Source: Eledone cirrhosa (taxonomy: Eukaryota). From it: a stretch of 64,000 nucleotides of DNA. Where the stretch lies: assembly GCA_964016885.1 (NCBI GenBank), contig OZ024745.1, positions 116,932,001-116,996,000 on the forward strand, given 5' to 3'. A program made the translations under genes and the position numbers. A model generated the notes under the pieces. That model worked only from the letters and a program-made list of their open reading frames with translations, was not told where the DNA came from and did not search any database. Below, in pieces: positions 11,771-23,800 of this stretch (the first letter of the stretch is position 1; the number at the start of each line of letters is the position of its first letter).

Positions 11771-11985
11771 TCACATCTTTGATGTATAGGACAGACAGAT
11801 TTTTACATCAAATTTCATTTCATATAATGAAAAATATGATAAATACTGTGAAGCAGTTTATCTCAACTTGTCACATCGGCGCCAATTCTACCTTGCTAAA
11901 GTTCCTTCAAATAAAAAACTGGAATTGATTCAACTGACTACACCAACTTCACTCACTTGAAAGATCATGAGATTAGATATATTAA

Positions 11986-12206
11986 CTCTTTAGCATTTAC
12001 ATTACTCTATATATACTATTGTATTTTCATGGTAAACATGTTATCTCACATAATTATCTCACATAATATCGAACCTACAAGATTTTGATATTATATATTT
12101 TGAGAACAATACCTTAATATAAGTATGAGCAGCTGGTTATGACCGGTTTGAACAGAAAGAGGTGAGAGATTTCTGGCCGGATATGGCCAGTTTAAATGCT
12201 AATGGG
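11986..12206 (+). mobile_element. TTAA-flanked MITE (piggyBac-like ends), family 1
   Basis: ttaa|ctctttagcattta ... taaatgctaatggg|ctaa; second copy at 56595-56799. Confidence 0.65.
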
Positions 12207-12689
12207 CTAATAGTGTTGTAAATATATCAGACAACTAACCATATCTTTTGTGGTAATTTTTATACAATGTTTTGACAAGTATATTCTTCTTTTGTCTTCA
12301 CTAAAAATGATGGTGTCAATAAAAGGTGAAAAGATGAAATCAATAGTTTGGTCAATCTATGGTATAAAAGGATACTAAACTGTAAAAATAAAGACATTTC
12401 TTTCAGCATTAAAGTTAAATACGTTTTAAAATATCATTAATCACTCCTTATTAAACAATTCATTCTGTTTCCTCTTATTAGATTGTAGTCACTACTTTCA
12501 TATTTGATGGATTGACTGGAAATGGAAAGGTTACTGCCTGAATATTAACGAGGCAAACAGTCTCAAATATGAATATAGGTTTTAATGGTTTTGTCTCTAA
12601 ATGAAAAGGACTATGAAAAAAAATGTTTTATTTACTGGAGTGAAAGAAGGTCATTAATTTCTCACATACTAATGCCATATTTGAAGAGA

Positions 12690-12880
12690 CTCACGAGATG
12701 GAATGGCTCTTCCAGTGTATTTCCCTCCCCATCCTCCAGGGAAATGCCTTCTCCATTTTGTCTGCTGGAGCCATGGGGCAGCCAGCACTGGGAACCCCTT
12801 TTGCTCATAATAGTGATAGGGAGGGTGAGAGAGACGGAGGCAATGACAGTGGGAGTTTAGCTCCTCTGTGTTTGGACCAG
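12690..12880 (+). mobile_element. CRE-like element 3' remnant
   Basis: EWLFQCISLPILQGNAFSILSAG matches the C-terminus of the 9.6-kb element. Confidence 0.6.
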
Positions 12881-13084
12881 GTGTGTGTGTGTGTGTATGT
12901 TTACTTCTATTCAGAATTAAGTTAGACAGTCAAAGTTAACACAGAGAAAAGTGATAAATTTCTGAGAATTTGAAGAGAAATAGATACAAATACAATTCAA
13001 AGCAAGCTACTGCTCTCTTTTGCTCTTTTACTCTTTCACCTGTTCCAGCCATCTGGCTGAGGCCATGCTGGAGTACTACCCTTG

Positions 13085-13795
13085 AAAAAGTATTAATACA
13101 TCGGCCTCTGTTCACGAAAATATTTTTTGCCAAATACAATGATATATCAGATAAAACATTGAAGCTCCGATGTCTGGCAACTGACTTGGTAAACACCCAC
13201 AAGACTATTAACCATCTTGCCAACAACAACCCTGAGCACCTTTTTGAATTCCATGTGTCTAACACACGTGGGCATGCCTACAAAGTCAGAAAACAGCACA
13301 GCTTCCATGACTTTTGAAAAGATTTTTTCACACTCAGAGTTGCTGAAGCATGGAAGAAACTACCTGCATCAGTTGTTAGCTGCCAAGATACTGCATCCTT
13401 TAAAACCTCCATGTTTCCTGAAATTTGCCAACACTACACCTGATATCACCCCTCCATACACATGCACACATGTATATCATGGCTTTCACTTTCCTAACAT
13501 TTGTACATTATTCTATGTTAGGGCGGTGAATTGGCAGTATTGGGAGAGGGTCGGACGCCATGCTTTGACGTATAGAGTTACGGCCCTTGCCATTCTGAGT
13601 TCAAATCCCGCTGAGGTTAACTTTGCCTTTCATCCTTACGGGGTCGATAAAATAAAGTACCAGTAATGCACTGGGTAATTGCTGGCCTTGTGCCTAACGT
13701 AGAAACAATTATTCTATGTACTATACATGCAGCTTTGATGAGTTGTAGTGCATCTGAGCTCTGTACACAATAATTTCATTATTATTATATTATTT
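13085..13795 (+). mobile_element. CR1/L2-type LINE 3' end interrupted by a SINE
   Basis: LKLRCLATDL..THK..N...NTRGHAYKVRK....FFTLRVAEAWKKLPASVV...SFK, typical CR1 ORF2 C-terminus; (ATT)n tail at about 13778-13793. Confidence 0.75.
13520..13713 (+). mobile_element. Full-length OK-like SINE with TSD attattctatgt
   Basis: TSD present on both flanks; A and B boxes intact. Confidence 0.9.
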
Positions 13796-13859
13796 TGAAA
13801 CTAAATAATCGTATTTTAAAAACTAATCTATTTAATATCAATTGTTGTAGCCATGTGTC

Positions 13860-14045
13860 AACTATAAGTGAACAAACACATCAAAATGATCAAAAACATT
13901 CCAGTTTTGACCATCCTGTCTTACGTTTTTGTTTTTTGTTTTTTAGATATAATGTATCTCTGTTTATATCAACCATTGGAGTGACTTGAAGGAGATTTGG
14001 CCGTTATTCCTAATAGGTCAATTGACCATATTGTGGCTCCCTCTA
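13860..14045 (-). mobile_element. Dispersed SINE-like repeat (ctgctagaaatagcagccaaatctccctcaaatcac family)
   Basis: Related plus-strand copies at 33865-34045 and 43115-43295 end in (CAA)n-like tails. Confidence 0.55.
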
Positions 14046-14047
14046 TT

Positions 14048-14445
14048 TGATTGATTTGACATATTTCACTATCCGGTGTGAAATATAAAATAGTAAAAAC
14101 TAAATAATGACATTTTATTAATTATAAGTTACAATAAAAATAATATACATTACTTGACATAAAAGGACACACCCATGTGCACACACACACAGCCTAAACA
14201 CAACAATTAACACAAGAAATTTACTTCAATTAGATTATCTATATGGCAATTGACTTCATCCTCCTGTTTGTCATGGATACTACAGCAGATGTCAAAACAC
14301 AATGCTTGAAAGCAATTTCTCAATTTTAAATTTAAATAAAATTTCAACATGATAAGATCGGAGTGTTTTGCTCCGATAGTTCCACATACTCTGAGGAAGG
14401 GATTTTTAAGCCCAAAATAATAGGACAAACATTTTTTTTTAAAAT
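14048..14445 (+). repeat. Block duplicated at about 19989-20690 (this copy lacks the SINE insertions)
   Basis: ttgatttgacatatttcactatc...taaataatgacattttatt...caattgac.tcatcctcctg...ttttgctccgatagttcc...aggac is shared. Confidence 0.8.
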
Positions 14446-14474
14446 ACAATATAAAATAATATAATAACAAGCTT

Positions 14475-15281
14475 TGCTAACATGAATAGCAACAATACTA
14501 CATTTCACCAAAGTACACAAGAGTGTAAAATGACTACTGTGTTACTAAGAAAACCATCTTAGTAATCTACCTAAATTATACTAGTTGCTCCTAAGAAAGG
14601 AAAGAAAGTGAAAGTGATGAAGGGGTTGGTTGTTTACAACTGCTACCATTATTTTTAAGATGTTTGAAATTATGACAATAAGTTGGTATGAGCAAAGTCA
14701 GGGAGTTTCCCTTCTTGAAAATGGAACACACTATCACATATTTCCATTGAAAGAGAATAAATAGAAAACATTTCAGTTTGACTAAAATGGGTTCTGATTC
14801 ATGAGGGACTGAATTAGAAACATTTGTGCTTTAAAATATAAATGGTTTCCTGGTAATATCTGTCAGCTTTGATAGCAGAGCCTTGGCGACCATCGAGAAC
14901 ATCAGATGGTACCACTACATTTCCAACAAAGACTTGCATGCATGCATAAGCCCACAGCTTCCTGTCTCATAGCCATCCACTGCATGCGCTGGTACAGACA
15001 TGTCATCCACCTGCCAACAGATCATCCTACTACAGCCTTACTATCTTTCGACACAACAGTTACAGGCTGTAAGGAGCCCCATGGCAGGCCCCACACCAGA
15101 TGACTGGATGTCATTAAGGAAGATCTCTAGAAGCTCGACAACACCTTGGGGCATACAGAGGGGCTGGCGTGGGACCCCCAGCAATGGAGGGTACTGGTAG
15201 ACCTGGTTGGCTCTATGCAGGATGATTTCTCTGGGATCACTGACCTAGGATGGCCCCAGTCTCATTGAGCAAGAACAAGAA
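14475..15281 (+). mobile_element. About 810-bp composite (unknown/CR1-like part + RTE 3' end); inverted near-identical copy at 48088-48902
   Basis: ORF-track peptides 14906..15103 and 48266..48463 are nearly identical; (M)RWYRHV and RPHGRP..RW RTE C-terminal motifs; caagaa-repeat tail. Confidence 0.85.
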
Positions 15282-15487
15282 GGTAAAACTCAGATATTAT
15301 TTTTAGCAATGTAATGACCTCACCCAAGCTGGTAAAGTCATAACAACTTATTTGTGGCCTCTGCTGGGTTTTTTAGTTTTATCCCTTTGATAGCAAGAAC
15401 TATACTTTTAACAAAAAGTATTTAATGTTCTTTCTGTGGCAAAATTCATCAAATTTTCTCAACTTTTGTTATCAGAACAGTAATCTA

Positions 15488-15550
<63 letters not shown>

Positions 15551-15562
15551 TATAGACTAGAG

Positions 15563-15697
15563 CAGGGTTTCCCAATCTTTGTTCAGCCAGTGCCCCCTTT
15601 GGTCGCAAACATTTTGTCAATGCCCCCCTATCAAATTATATTTCAAATAAGATACTGAATTCATCTTACATCAAATGGGTACAAAACCTAAAACAAA

Positions 15698-15732
<35 letters not shown>

Positions 15733-16297
15733 ATGTGCGGTTGGGCCTTTAATCGTCAGGAGTCAATTTAAGTTCAATCGCAGAAAGGAATTCAAAACGG
15801 CAACACACTCACATACACACAATCATATGCATACAAACATACCCATAAATACACACATACACAAACACGTACATATCAGCCACTCACAAAAGCCAGTTTC
15901 ATCCAAAATTCTGACCACCATTCTTTATATATTTGCACACAAATACACACATTCAACTTTTCGGTTTTAGTCATTGTGTTGTGTTTTTTCTTTTAGTCGT
16001 CTGTCACCATTCATCTGTTTTTTGTTTTTGTTTTTGTTTTAGGGGTTTCACTTTAGCGACACCAGTTACACATGGTACCGGGAATTTGCTTGATGTCGAC
16101 AAAGTTGAAAAAGTGTTTTTTTAATTTTTTAAAATTTGAAAGAAAAATATTTGAAAGAAAAAAAATGGATAAATGCCCCCCACCGCCCACCAGAGTATAT
16201 TGACCCCACCCACCTGAGTATATTCACCGCCCCCAAATCAAATAAAAACACCCAGCACCCCCTTTCAACACAACAGCGCCCATGTTGAGAAAGACTG
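15563..16297. mobile_element. hAT (Charlie-like) non-autonomous DNA transposon
   Basis: TIRs cagggtttcccaa / ttgagaaagactg; 8-bp TSD gactagag / ggctagag. Confidence 0.75.
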
Positions 16298-16319
16298 GGC
16301 TAGAGGATGAGTGAGATAG

Positions 16320-16468
16320 AATGAGAGAGGAAGAGATAGCCAAGAGAAAGAGATAGAAAAAGAGAGAGATAGAGAAGAGAAAGAGATAGAAAAAGAGAGA
16401 GATAGACAAGAGAAAGAGATAGAAAAAGAGATAGATAGACAAGAGAAAGAGATAGAAAAAGAGAGAGT
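16320..16468. repeat. Purine-rich minisatellite (aagagaaagagatagaaaaagagaga...)
   Basis: About four to five imperfect 30-34 bp units. Confidence 0.8.
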
Positions 16469-17479
16469 CAAATTTAGCAGCAGATCAGTGGTACCTTAGA
16501 ATTGTCTTCACTTAAAGATGAAAAGCCAACACAAACACACACAGACATATACACACACACACATACACACATACACACATACTTGCTTCCTTGACCACTG
16601 ATGGCAACAGGTCAGTTATAGACGTTTTGATATGGAAATGTAGTAAATTTAAAGCTTATAAGAAATTAAAATTAAATTAAATATTTTGTTGGCAATTAAA
16701 TTGAATAAAATGGTTTGTCCTTTTCAATACGTAAATTTAATATAACTTACATTTGAAAATTTGATTTGCTTTTGTTTCTTTTCAAACATGACTTGAAGAA
16801 ACCAATCTTAGATGGAGAAACCTTATGAGTTAAATTGTTCAATGTCTGAAATTGAGAAAACACCTTTTAAAATTACATTCATAAGTTATTTTCTCATTTG
16901 TTTTGAGAAGATTTTTGTGAGGTTTGTTTTAATTTTCATCAAAATTCAATTAATCTTTTTAAATATTAAGATAAACAAATTTTTTGTAATATGAAGTAAA
17001 TTAAGTCTATACAAATGGTTCAACTTTATAGCAATTTCTTAGAGTAACATGAACTTTTTGACATTTCTTTTCAAGAAAAATAAATAAAATCATATCTAGG
17101 AAAATAAACAGTACATATTTGGGTTAATTATATTTTCAGAAAATAGACTGGGAAACAAATAAAAGAATTTGATATTAAGTTTCTAAATATATCTGATGAA
17201 AAATTAATATAAATGATATTGTGTATTCCAAGTAAAGTGGAATCAATCATAATATAATAAAGGGGGGGGAGTGCAGGATGGCATCCTGAATATATTTTTT
17301 TATCCCATTTGTAAAATAAGTTAGATTACTTTGAATAAATAATAAATGAATATTACATGATTTATGTAACTCTTGATTTCGTAACTCTTGATTAAATATA
17401 AATAATTTTATTGCTTTTCTCAAGATTCACTTCTTTTAAAATTTTCAAATGTCAATACTTCCGGTTATGATATAATGGA

Positions 17480-17817
17480 CTCTATATTATATCACTTATA
17501 TAAACGTTCATATATTTGCCTCGTTATATCATAACGTTTATATTTCCATCACTAATTTTCTCCATTTTTGTTTTCATAAAATTTCACCGTAAGGCAGTTT
17601 ATAGATAATATCATATTTTTTTAATGTATCAAGGATTACTTTACTGATTACAGAAGACGGTGTAACACAGTCTCTCTTCCATTTCTGTGCATATTCTCAA
17701 TTACGATTTTATTTGACATATCATATCTACATGCATATATATTTGCATATAATATCAATATGCACACAACACATGCCAACAGAAAACCACCCGATGGGTG
17801 GGGTGGTTTTCTGCTAG
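17480..17817 (+). mobile_element. Helitron-type element (3' end clear, 5' end uncertain)
   Basis: 13-bp hairpin cagaaaaccaccc / gggtggttttctg directly before CTAG|T. Confidence 0.5.
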
Positions 17818-17971
17818 TTTGTATATTACATGAAATGATGTCCTTTGGGAAAAGTTACAACCATAGTGAAATAATAATAGAATAAACAATCTACAGATAT
17901 AAGCTGAACACTTCAGTGTTTATAAAGATATCTCTCTCTCTCTCTCTCTCTCTCACACTTTCACTCTCTCT

Positions 17972-18200
17972 GTAGGGAGAAGTCTTCATTGTCAACAGAG
18001 GAAGTAGCTCCCTAAACTTCTTCCAACTCGTCCTTATTCTAGTTACTATGACCTCAGAGCATCCTCCTCTCTTGCTAATCTGATCACCTAGGTATCGGAA
18101 GCTATCAATCACCTCTATAGATCCTACCTGCATTTGAAAAATGTGCCTATCACTGACACTTCTACTATCAATTTTCCCTGAACATCTACCACATATGAAG
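17972..18200 (-). mobile_element. RTE LINE fragment
   Basis: IEVIDSFRYLGDQISKRGGCSE..VTRIRTSWKKFRELLPLL. Confidence 0.8.
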
Positions 18201-18204
18201 TTTT

Positions 18205-18813
18205 ATAATATCAGCGCAGATGAACAAGCAGCTGGTAAGAAAGGTATTTGCAGGAGTGCTGAGCAACTCCTAATCAACAAAACCTCAATACCAGAGGTTT
18301 GGTAACATAGGAGGAACATATTTACAAGTCTGGCTCAACTATAGGAAGCATTTGATTCTGTTCCCCATTCTTGGATGATAAAGGTCCTTTGATTTGCTAA
18401 AGTCCCAGACACCATTATCAGAGCCATAAAGAACCTATCTTCTTCTTGGGCTATTATCCCAAAGTTAAATACAGAAAAGGAGGACTATTTTCACTGGTAA
18501 AATAGAATACTGCAGGGGTATATTTTATGGAGACAGTCTCTCTGTGTTACTATTTATACTCTCATTAAACCCCTTGTCCTTTCTGCTCAAGAAATGTGAA
18601 GGATACATAATTGGTTCACAGGAGGACAGGAATACAAACCTAACCCATAACTTCTTTGTGTATGACCTGAAACTTTATACCAAGAACATAAATGGGATGA
18701 AGAAAAACCTTAACCTGGTTATGATGTTATTGAAAGATATAGGGATGGAGTATGACCAGGATAAATGTTCATATATGATTGTAAAGCAGGGTAAAACAGA
18801 ACATTTATGCTGA
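18205..18813 (+). mobile_element. Decayed R4/Dong-like RT fragment
   Basis: AFDSVPHSW, FYGDSLSVLLFILSLNPLS, FVYDLKLY, DIGMEYDQDKC, with stops and frameshifts; homologous to the RT at 53.5-55.1 kb. Confidence 0.7.
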
Positions 18814-19720
18814 ACTAATGAGGAATCTGCAAAATACTCCACCCTAACTATACCTCTAGATTTGTACTTGTGATTATTGGAGCTCTTAGATATGTTACTA
18901 ACTCCCTCAGTATAAATCTTGAGAATCTGGGATTCATAGAACCAGAAAGAGCAAAGCTAGTTTGGAAGTTACAAGTATTCAATTAATGGAAGTGTAAAAA
19001 TATCTAAAACATAAAAAAAATTCTCTATGTAATAACTGCATGTATACATGTATAGACACAGAAACATATGCTCATACACACATATAACTCAAAACATGCA
19101 GATCCACACATACAATAACACCTATACATACACTCATACAGACAAACATACATATTAGTTGAGGTTGTCTAAATTCCAATGAAAGAATCTTTTCCTCCCT
19201 CCTTTACAAACTTGTTATTTTGCCTGAACTAGAAACCATAGGCTACCTTTACTGCTTACACAAGCTATTTTCTATTGAGAACTTGCAGTGGGAGAAAAGA
19301 TACATAATAACAGGCATAGACGAAAAAAAGTATTTAATTAGAGTTAAAATCTAAAATAACATATGTATCTCTGTCTTCTTTATCTTTCATTTTGGTGTGT
19401 GAGTGTTGGGAGGGGCGAGATACTATTATGGTTGTTAAGAGAATTGTGTGTGTGTATGTAAGTATGACTAAAATAAGCTTAAAAGAGATTTCTTTCATTG
19501 ATTTTTCAACTGAAAAGTCTTTTTACTAACTTAAATATAATTGAATTTATATATATTTCTTTAAAAGGTGTAAACTAGATTCTAATGCAAAATATGTTTG
19601 CATGTTTTTAAAAATAACACAGATTCTTTTGTACAAATATACAAAGCTAACAGAGTGACTATATAGGGAAAGACAGAATACTCATTTTTCATCTATTTTC
19701 ATACTTCTTTTGTTTATCAG

Positions 19721-19758
19721 GAATCATTCCTCTTTATGAAATGGAAACAGATGTTTAA
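19721..19758 (+). CDS. Candidate terminal coding exon of an unidentified host gene, (x)IIPLYEMETDV-stop
   Basis: 40-nt pyrimidine tract ending ttttgtttatcag, then a phase-1 open frame ending in class I PDZ-binding motif ETDV and TAA; not part of any repeat recognised here. Confidence 0.35.
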
Positions 19759-20043
19759 GATGTAAACAAATGAAAAAAAAATGATTGCACTTGACTTTAG
19801 TTGAAAAATTCAAATCTCTCCTCATTATGACGAAAGGCAAATGCAGGTGAAACAGCCAACACCCAGAGGAAAAATGTATATAAAAGTCAATGTGTTTAAA
19901 TATATATATATACACACACACACATACACATATATATATACACACACATATATATACACTCTTACACACACTCACACAGGCACTATTTTATTGATTTGAC
20001 ATATTTCACTATCTGGTATGAAATATAAAATAGTAAAAATTAA

Positions 20044-20423
20044 ATAATTGTTTCTACTTTTGGCACAAGGCCAGCAATTACCCAGTGCATTACTGGTACT
20101 TTATTTATCGACCCCGTAAGGATGAAAGGCAAAGTTAACCTCGGCGGGATTTGAACTCCGACCATAAAGGGCCGTAACTCTTTGCTGTAAAGCATGGCGT
20201 CAGACCTTCTACCGATACTGCCAATCCATACTAAATAATTGTTTCTACTTTAGGCACAAGGCCAGCAATTACCCCAGTGCATTACTGGTACTTTATTTTA
20301 TCGACCCCGTAAGGATGAAAGGCAAAGTCAACCTCGGCAGGATTTGAACTCAGATCGTAAAGGGACGTAACTATGCTGGAAAGCATGGCGTCCGACCCTC
20401 TGCCGATACTGCCAATCTGCCAC
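20044..20423 (-). mobile_element. Two OK-like SINEs inserted successively at the same site
   Basis: (c)taaataat occurs three times (about 20041, 20231, 20423), bracketing two copies. Confidence 0.9.
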
Positions 20424-20690
20424 TAAATAATGACATTTTATTAGTTACAATAAAAATAATATACAATACTTGACATAACAGGACGCACACAACAATTGAC
20501 GTCATCCTCCTGCTTCTTGTACATACTACAGTAAACATCAAAACACAACACTTGAAAATGGTTTTAAAATGTTTAATTCAAATCAAATTTCGAAGTGATA
20601 AGACCAGAGAGTTTTGCTCCGATAGTTCCCCATATTCCGAGGAAGAGATTTTTAAGTCCCAAAATAGTAGGACAAAAAAAAAAAAAAAGA

Positions 20691-20907
20691 ATTGTTTCTA
20701 CTATAGGCACAAGGCCAGCAATTTGAGGGGAGGGGAAAGTTGATTAAACCGATCCTAGTGCATTATTGGTGCTTTATTTTATCGACCCTGTAAGGATGAA
20801 AGGCAAAGCTAATCTCAGCGGGATCTGAACTCAGAACGTAAAGGGACGTAACTATGCCATGAAGCATAGTGAGGGACACTCTACCTATACTGCCAATCCA
20901 GCGCCTT
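20691..20907 (-). mobile_element. OK-like SINE, long-tail subfamily
   Basis: Carries the extra gggaggggaaagt(c/t)gattaaa segment. Confidence 0.8.
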
Positions 20908-20992
20908 AAAAAAGATAATAATAATAAATAGCAGGTAAGAAACTCTTTCTTTTCCTACATTTTACTATTTCACATTGTCTTAGCCTTTTTAA

Positions 20993-21092
20993 CCTTTAAT
21001 ACGCTAGTAATTTTTATGAGTTGTTTCCCTTGACACTGCATTATTTATTAAGGGGAGATCACTCTATGGTGTCACCGACAGTGTGTTAAAGG
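20993..21092. mobile_element. Small TTAA-flanked MITE
   Basis: ttaa|cctttaatac ... gtgttaaagg|ttaa. Confidence 0.55.
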
Positions 21093-21154
21093 TTAAACAT
21101 ACCATTTGCTTCATTATATACTATACACAATGATTCAAGTAAACTACAACATTC

Positions 21155-21178
21155 TATTATATATATATAACTCAATAA

Positions 21179-21260
<82 letters not shown>

Positions 21261-21297
21261 ATATATATATACATATATATACATATATATACATACA

Positions 21298-21339
<42 letters not shown>
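21155..21339. repeat. (AT)n microsatellite with AC interruptions
   Basis: Direct inspection; source of the IYIY ORFs. Confidence 0.95.
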
Positions 21340-21341
<2 letters not shown>

Positions 21342-21364
21342 GAAGGAATTGTGGTAAGGAACCA

Positions 21365-21612
21365 GATGATGCCCATGGAGGATGGCTGCTGCGTAAAGAA
21401 GTGCCAAGAAATCCCAGTAGAAGGAAGATGCAGTAGAGGAGGACCACGAAAAACATGGGTAGAGGTGGTGACAGCAGACCTCAGATCACTGAAACTCACC
21501 GAGGAGATCATGAAGGACCATGACAAGTGGAGAGATGCTGTGCTGAATAGGACCCATCCCACCATTGCAAGCAGGGAAAAGCGGACATAAAATGATGATG
21601 ATGATGATGATA
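21365..21612 (+). mobile_element. RTE LINE 3' end with (GAT)n tail
   Basis: [34 protein letters not shown]; tail gcaagcagggaaaagcggacataaaatgatgat. Confidence 0.85.
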
Positions 21613-22014
21613 ATGAGAGTAGAAGAATTGGTAAAACCAATGAAGTTAAAAAGTTCAAAATGTCTTATACTATAGCCTGAGGCTAACCAATACCTTGTGA
21701 GTGAATTTGATAGACAGAAATTGTAAGAAAACCTGTCATGTATGTGTGTGCATGTGTGTGTGTGTGTGTTTATCTCTGTTTGTATAGATGTTTATGCTTG
21801 TCTCTTCTGTTTACTTTCAATTCGAAGGTTGTGACATTAGTACATGTTATGATCAAACAGAGATCCTGCTATCAGCAGTTAGACATGTGAAAATTTGTCC
21901 CATATTTTAAAAGAAAACAAATGTGGGTTGGTATCAGAAATGGTCGTCCAGACCATACTAGCATAGAAAAAGAGACTTAAAACTGATGACACTAATAATG
22001 ATGTGTTGGTTTTT

Positions 22015-22200
22015 GTCTAGGGACACATTCTCCACCTCCAACTTAGTTGCTTTGGCCACAAACCCTGGTACCACTTCCCACAATATAGAGGATAGGAAGA
22101 GAAGCAAATACCAGGGCTTGTACCACCATCCTCTTTGGTACTGGTCACTGTCAAGGTCTCAAGCCTCCTCAGACCCCATATAGCAGAACCCCTCCATAAA
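22015..22200 (+). mobile_element. Decayed CRE-like endonuclease fragment
   Basis: DTFSTSNLVALATNPG....EDRKRSKYQGL aligns with DTFSSGNRVQSATSLG...EGKRSKHRSL of the 9.6-kb element. Confidence 0.55.
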
Positions 22201-23314
22201 ATCAGAATGATATCTGAAAGTATTGTGACTTGATTATTTTCAGTGATAGTTTTTGATAAAGGCTTGTATCTTGTAAATATTTGCAACAAAGATAATGTTA
22301 TAAAATGAGGATAACTTCAGTCAAATTGACATGAGTAACCATGGGTATTTATCATCATCATCATTTTAGAAAATATTGATACAATTGAACACCAGCCTGA
22401 ATGTTTAGCTTTATTTAGTTTGTTTTTCTCTAACAGCAGTTTAGAAGTTTCCTAGAGAGATTATACCTTTGTCAACATTGTGAATGAAGCTCTTTATTAA
22501 AGTGGATGATGAATCAGCTTACTAAATTGAGAGTCTTCAATAGAATTAATATAGGACTTGAGGAAGAGAGATTGGCATCAAATTACATCAACATATTAAC
22601 TTATCACATGTATTCCCTTGCTATCCTTATAATGCATTATAGAGATATTTGGCAATGGTGCACACTAAAATACTCCCAGAGGAATCATCAGTGTAATTAA
22701 TTGGAAACCATTATGTTGCTCACAATTTGAACAAACTTCTCTGTGAAAGATATTGTATATATTATTGTATAACAGAAATTACACATTATTTTCAAAACTG
22801 ATTAGATTACTTAAGATCTATTTCCAATCAAATAGAAAAACAACTTGAAGTGTTTAGGTTTTTTTATAAAATCATGATATAGTTCATGCAATATTGAATA
22901 AAATACAGATCGCAATTTTGCTTCAATTAAGAAGGAACCACTACCTCTGCACCATTGGATCAAATTCATTGCAGAAATGCTATTATGTTTGTAGCCAGAA
23001 CACTTTATGGTGTAACTTCACTATCAGGAATAGTAACTGGATCATCTGGTAATGTTGCTTGAAATAGACTGCTATCCTATACAATGGTTCATTCATGTCT
23101 TATTTACTTAATTCATACAATAAAACCTGAATGAATCATTAACTCTCTAAACCTTCGTCAGGAATATGGACAGAAAATTACTTGAAAAATATTCAACTTT
23201 ATCCATTCAATAACTATCCCAATGTTGATCTTAAGTAGGTCACAATCAAACAAAGTGTGGTGTAGGATAGAGTGAAGCTGTTAAGTCCCTCATAAACTAT
23301 AGTGTGTGTGTGTA

Positions 23315-23346
<32 letters not shown>

Positions 23347-23347
<1 letters not shown>

Positions 23348-23780
23348 TTATTAAAATAACAGATTAAAGTTTAAGCAAAGAATCGTTCATTGCCAGAGAA
23401 CGTCTCCACGAACCACCTAATAAAATATTAGTCTACGACTTCTTTTATACCATAAACGTGGTTTTGTCTTTGCGTGTAATTGTTTAAATAATAACGTATT
23501 ATCTTCGTTTTTTCCCGTTCTTTGCCAGTTTCCATGAACCAAATTATCGTCTTCCTGTCTTCCTCAGGTTGCAACGTTTTTTGAAATATTTAATCCTGCG
23601 TTCACAGATTGACTTTTTTAGTTTCAGAAGATCCCGTTAAGGGTGAAAGCAGCTATTTTTGCTTAAACTTTAATCTGTTATTTTAATAAATATTTGCTCT
23701 ACGGTTCTTATATATTTGATATATATTTATCCTTATCGAGCCCTCTTTGGATTTTAGTCTTCAATTTTATTATTATTACT
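23347..23780. mobile_element. Penelope-like pLTR fragment with short inverted terminal duplication, set in (TA)n
   Basis: 23347-23379 reverse-complements 23658-23690; segment 23570-23690 recurs reversed at 32657-32777. The Penelope assignment rests on architecture only. Confidence 0.45.
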
Positions 23781-23800
23781 ATATATATATATATATATAT

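Noticed and set aside
13520-13620. tRNA gene
   Set aside because: A and B boxes belong to a multi-copy SINE head; no complete cloverleaf is evident.
21086-21658. Long ORFs rich in IY, VC or HT (also about 1239, 3011-3454, 25447, 29644-29953)
   Set aside because: Stop-free translations of (AT)n and (GT)n microsatellites, or antisense of RTE fragments.
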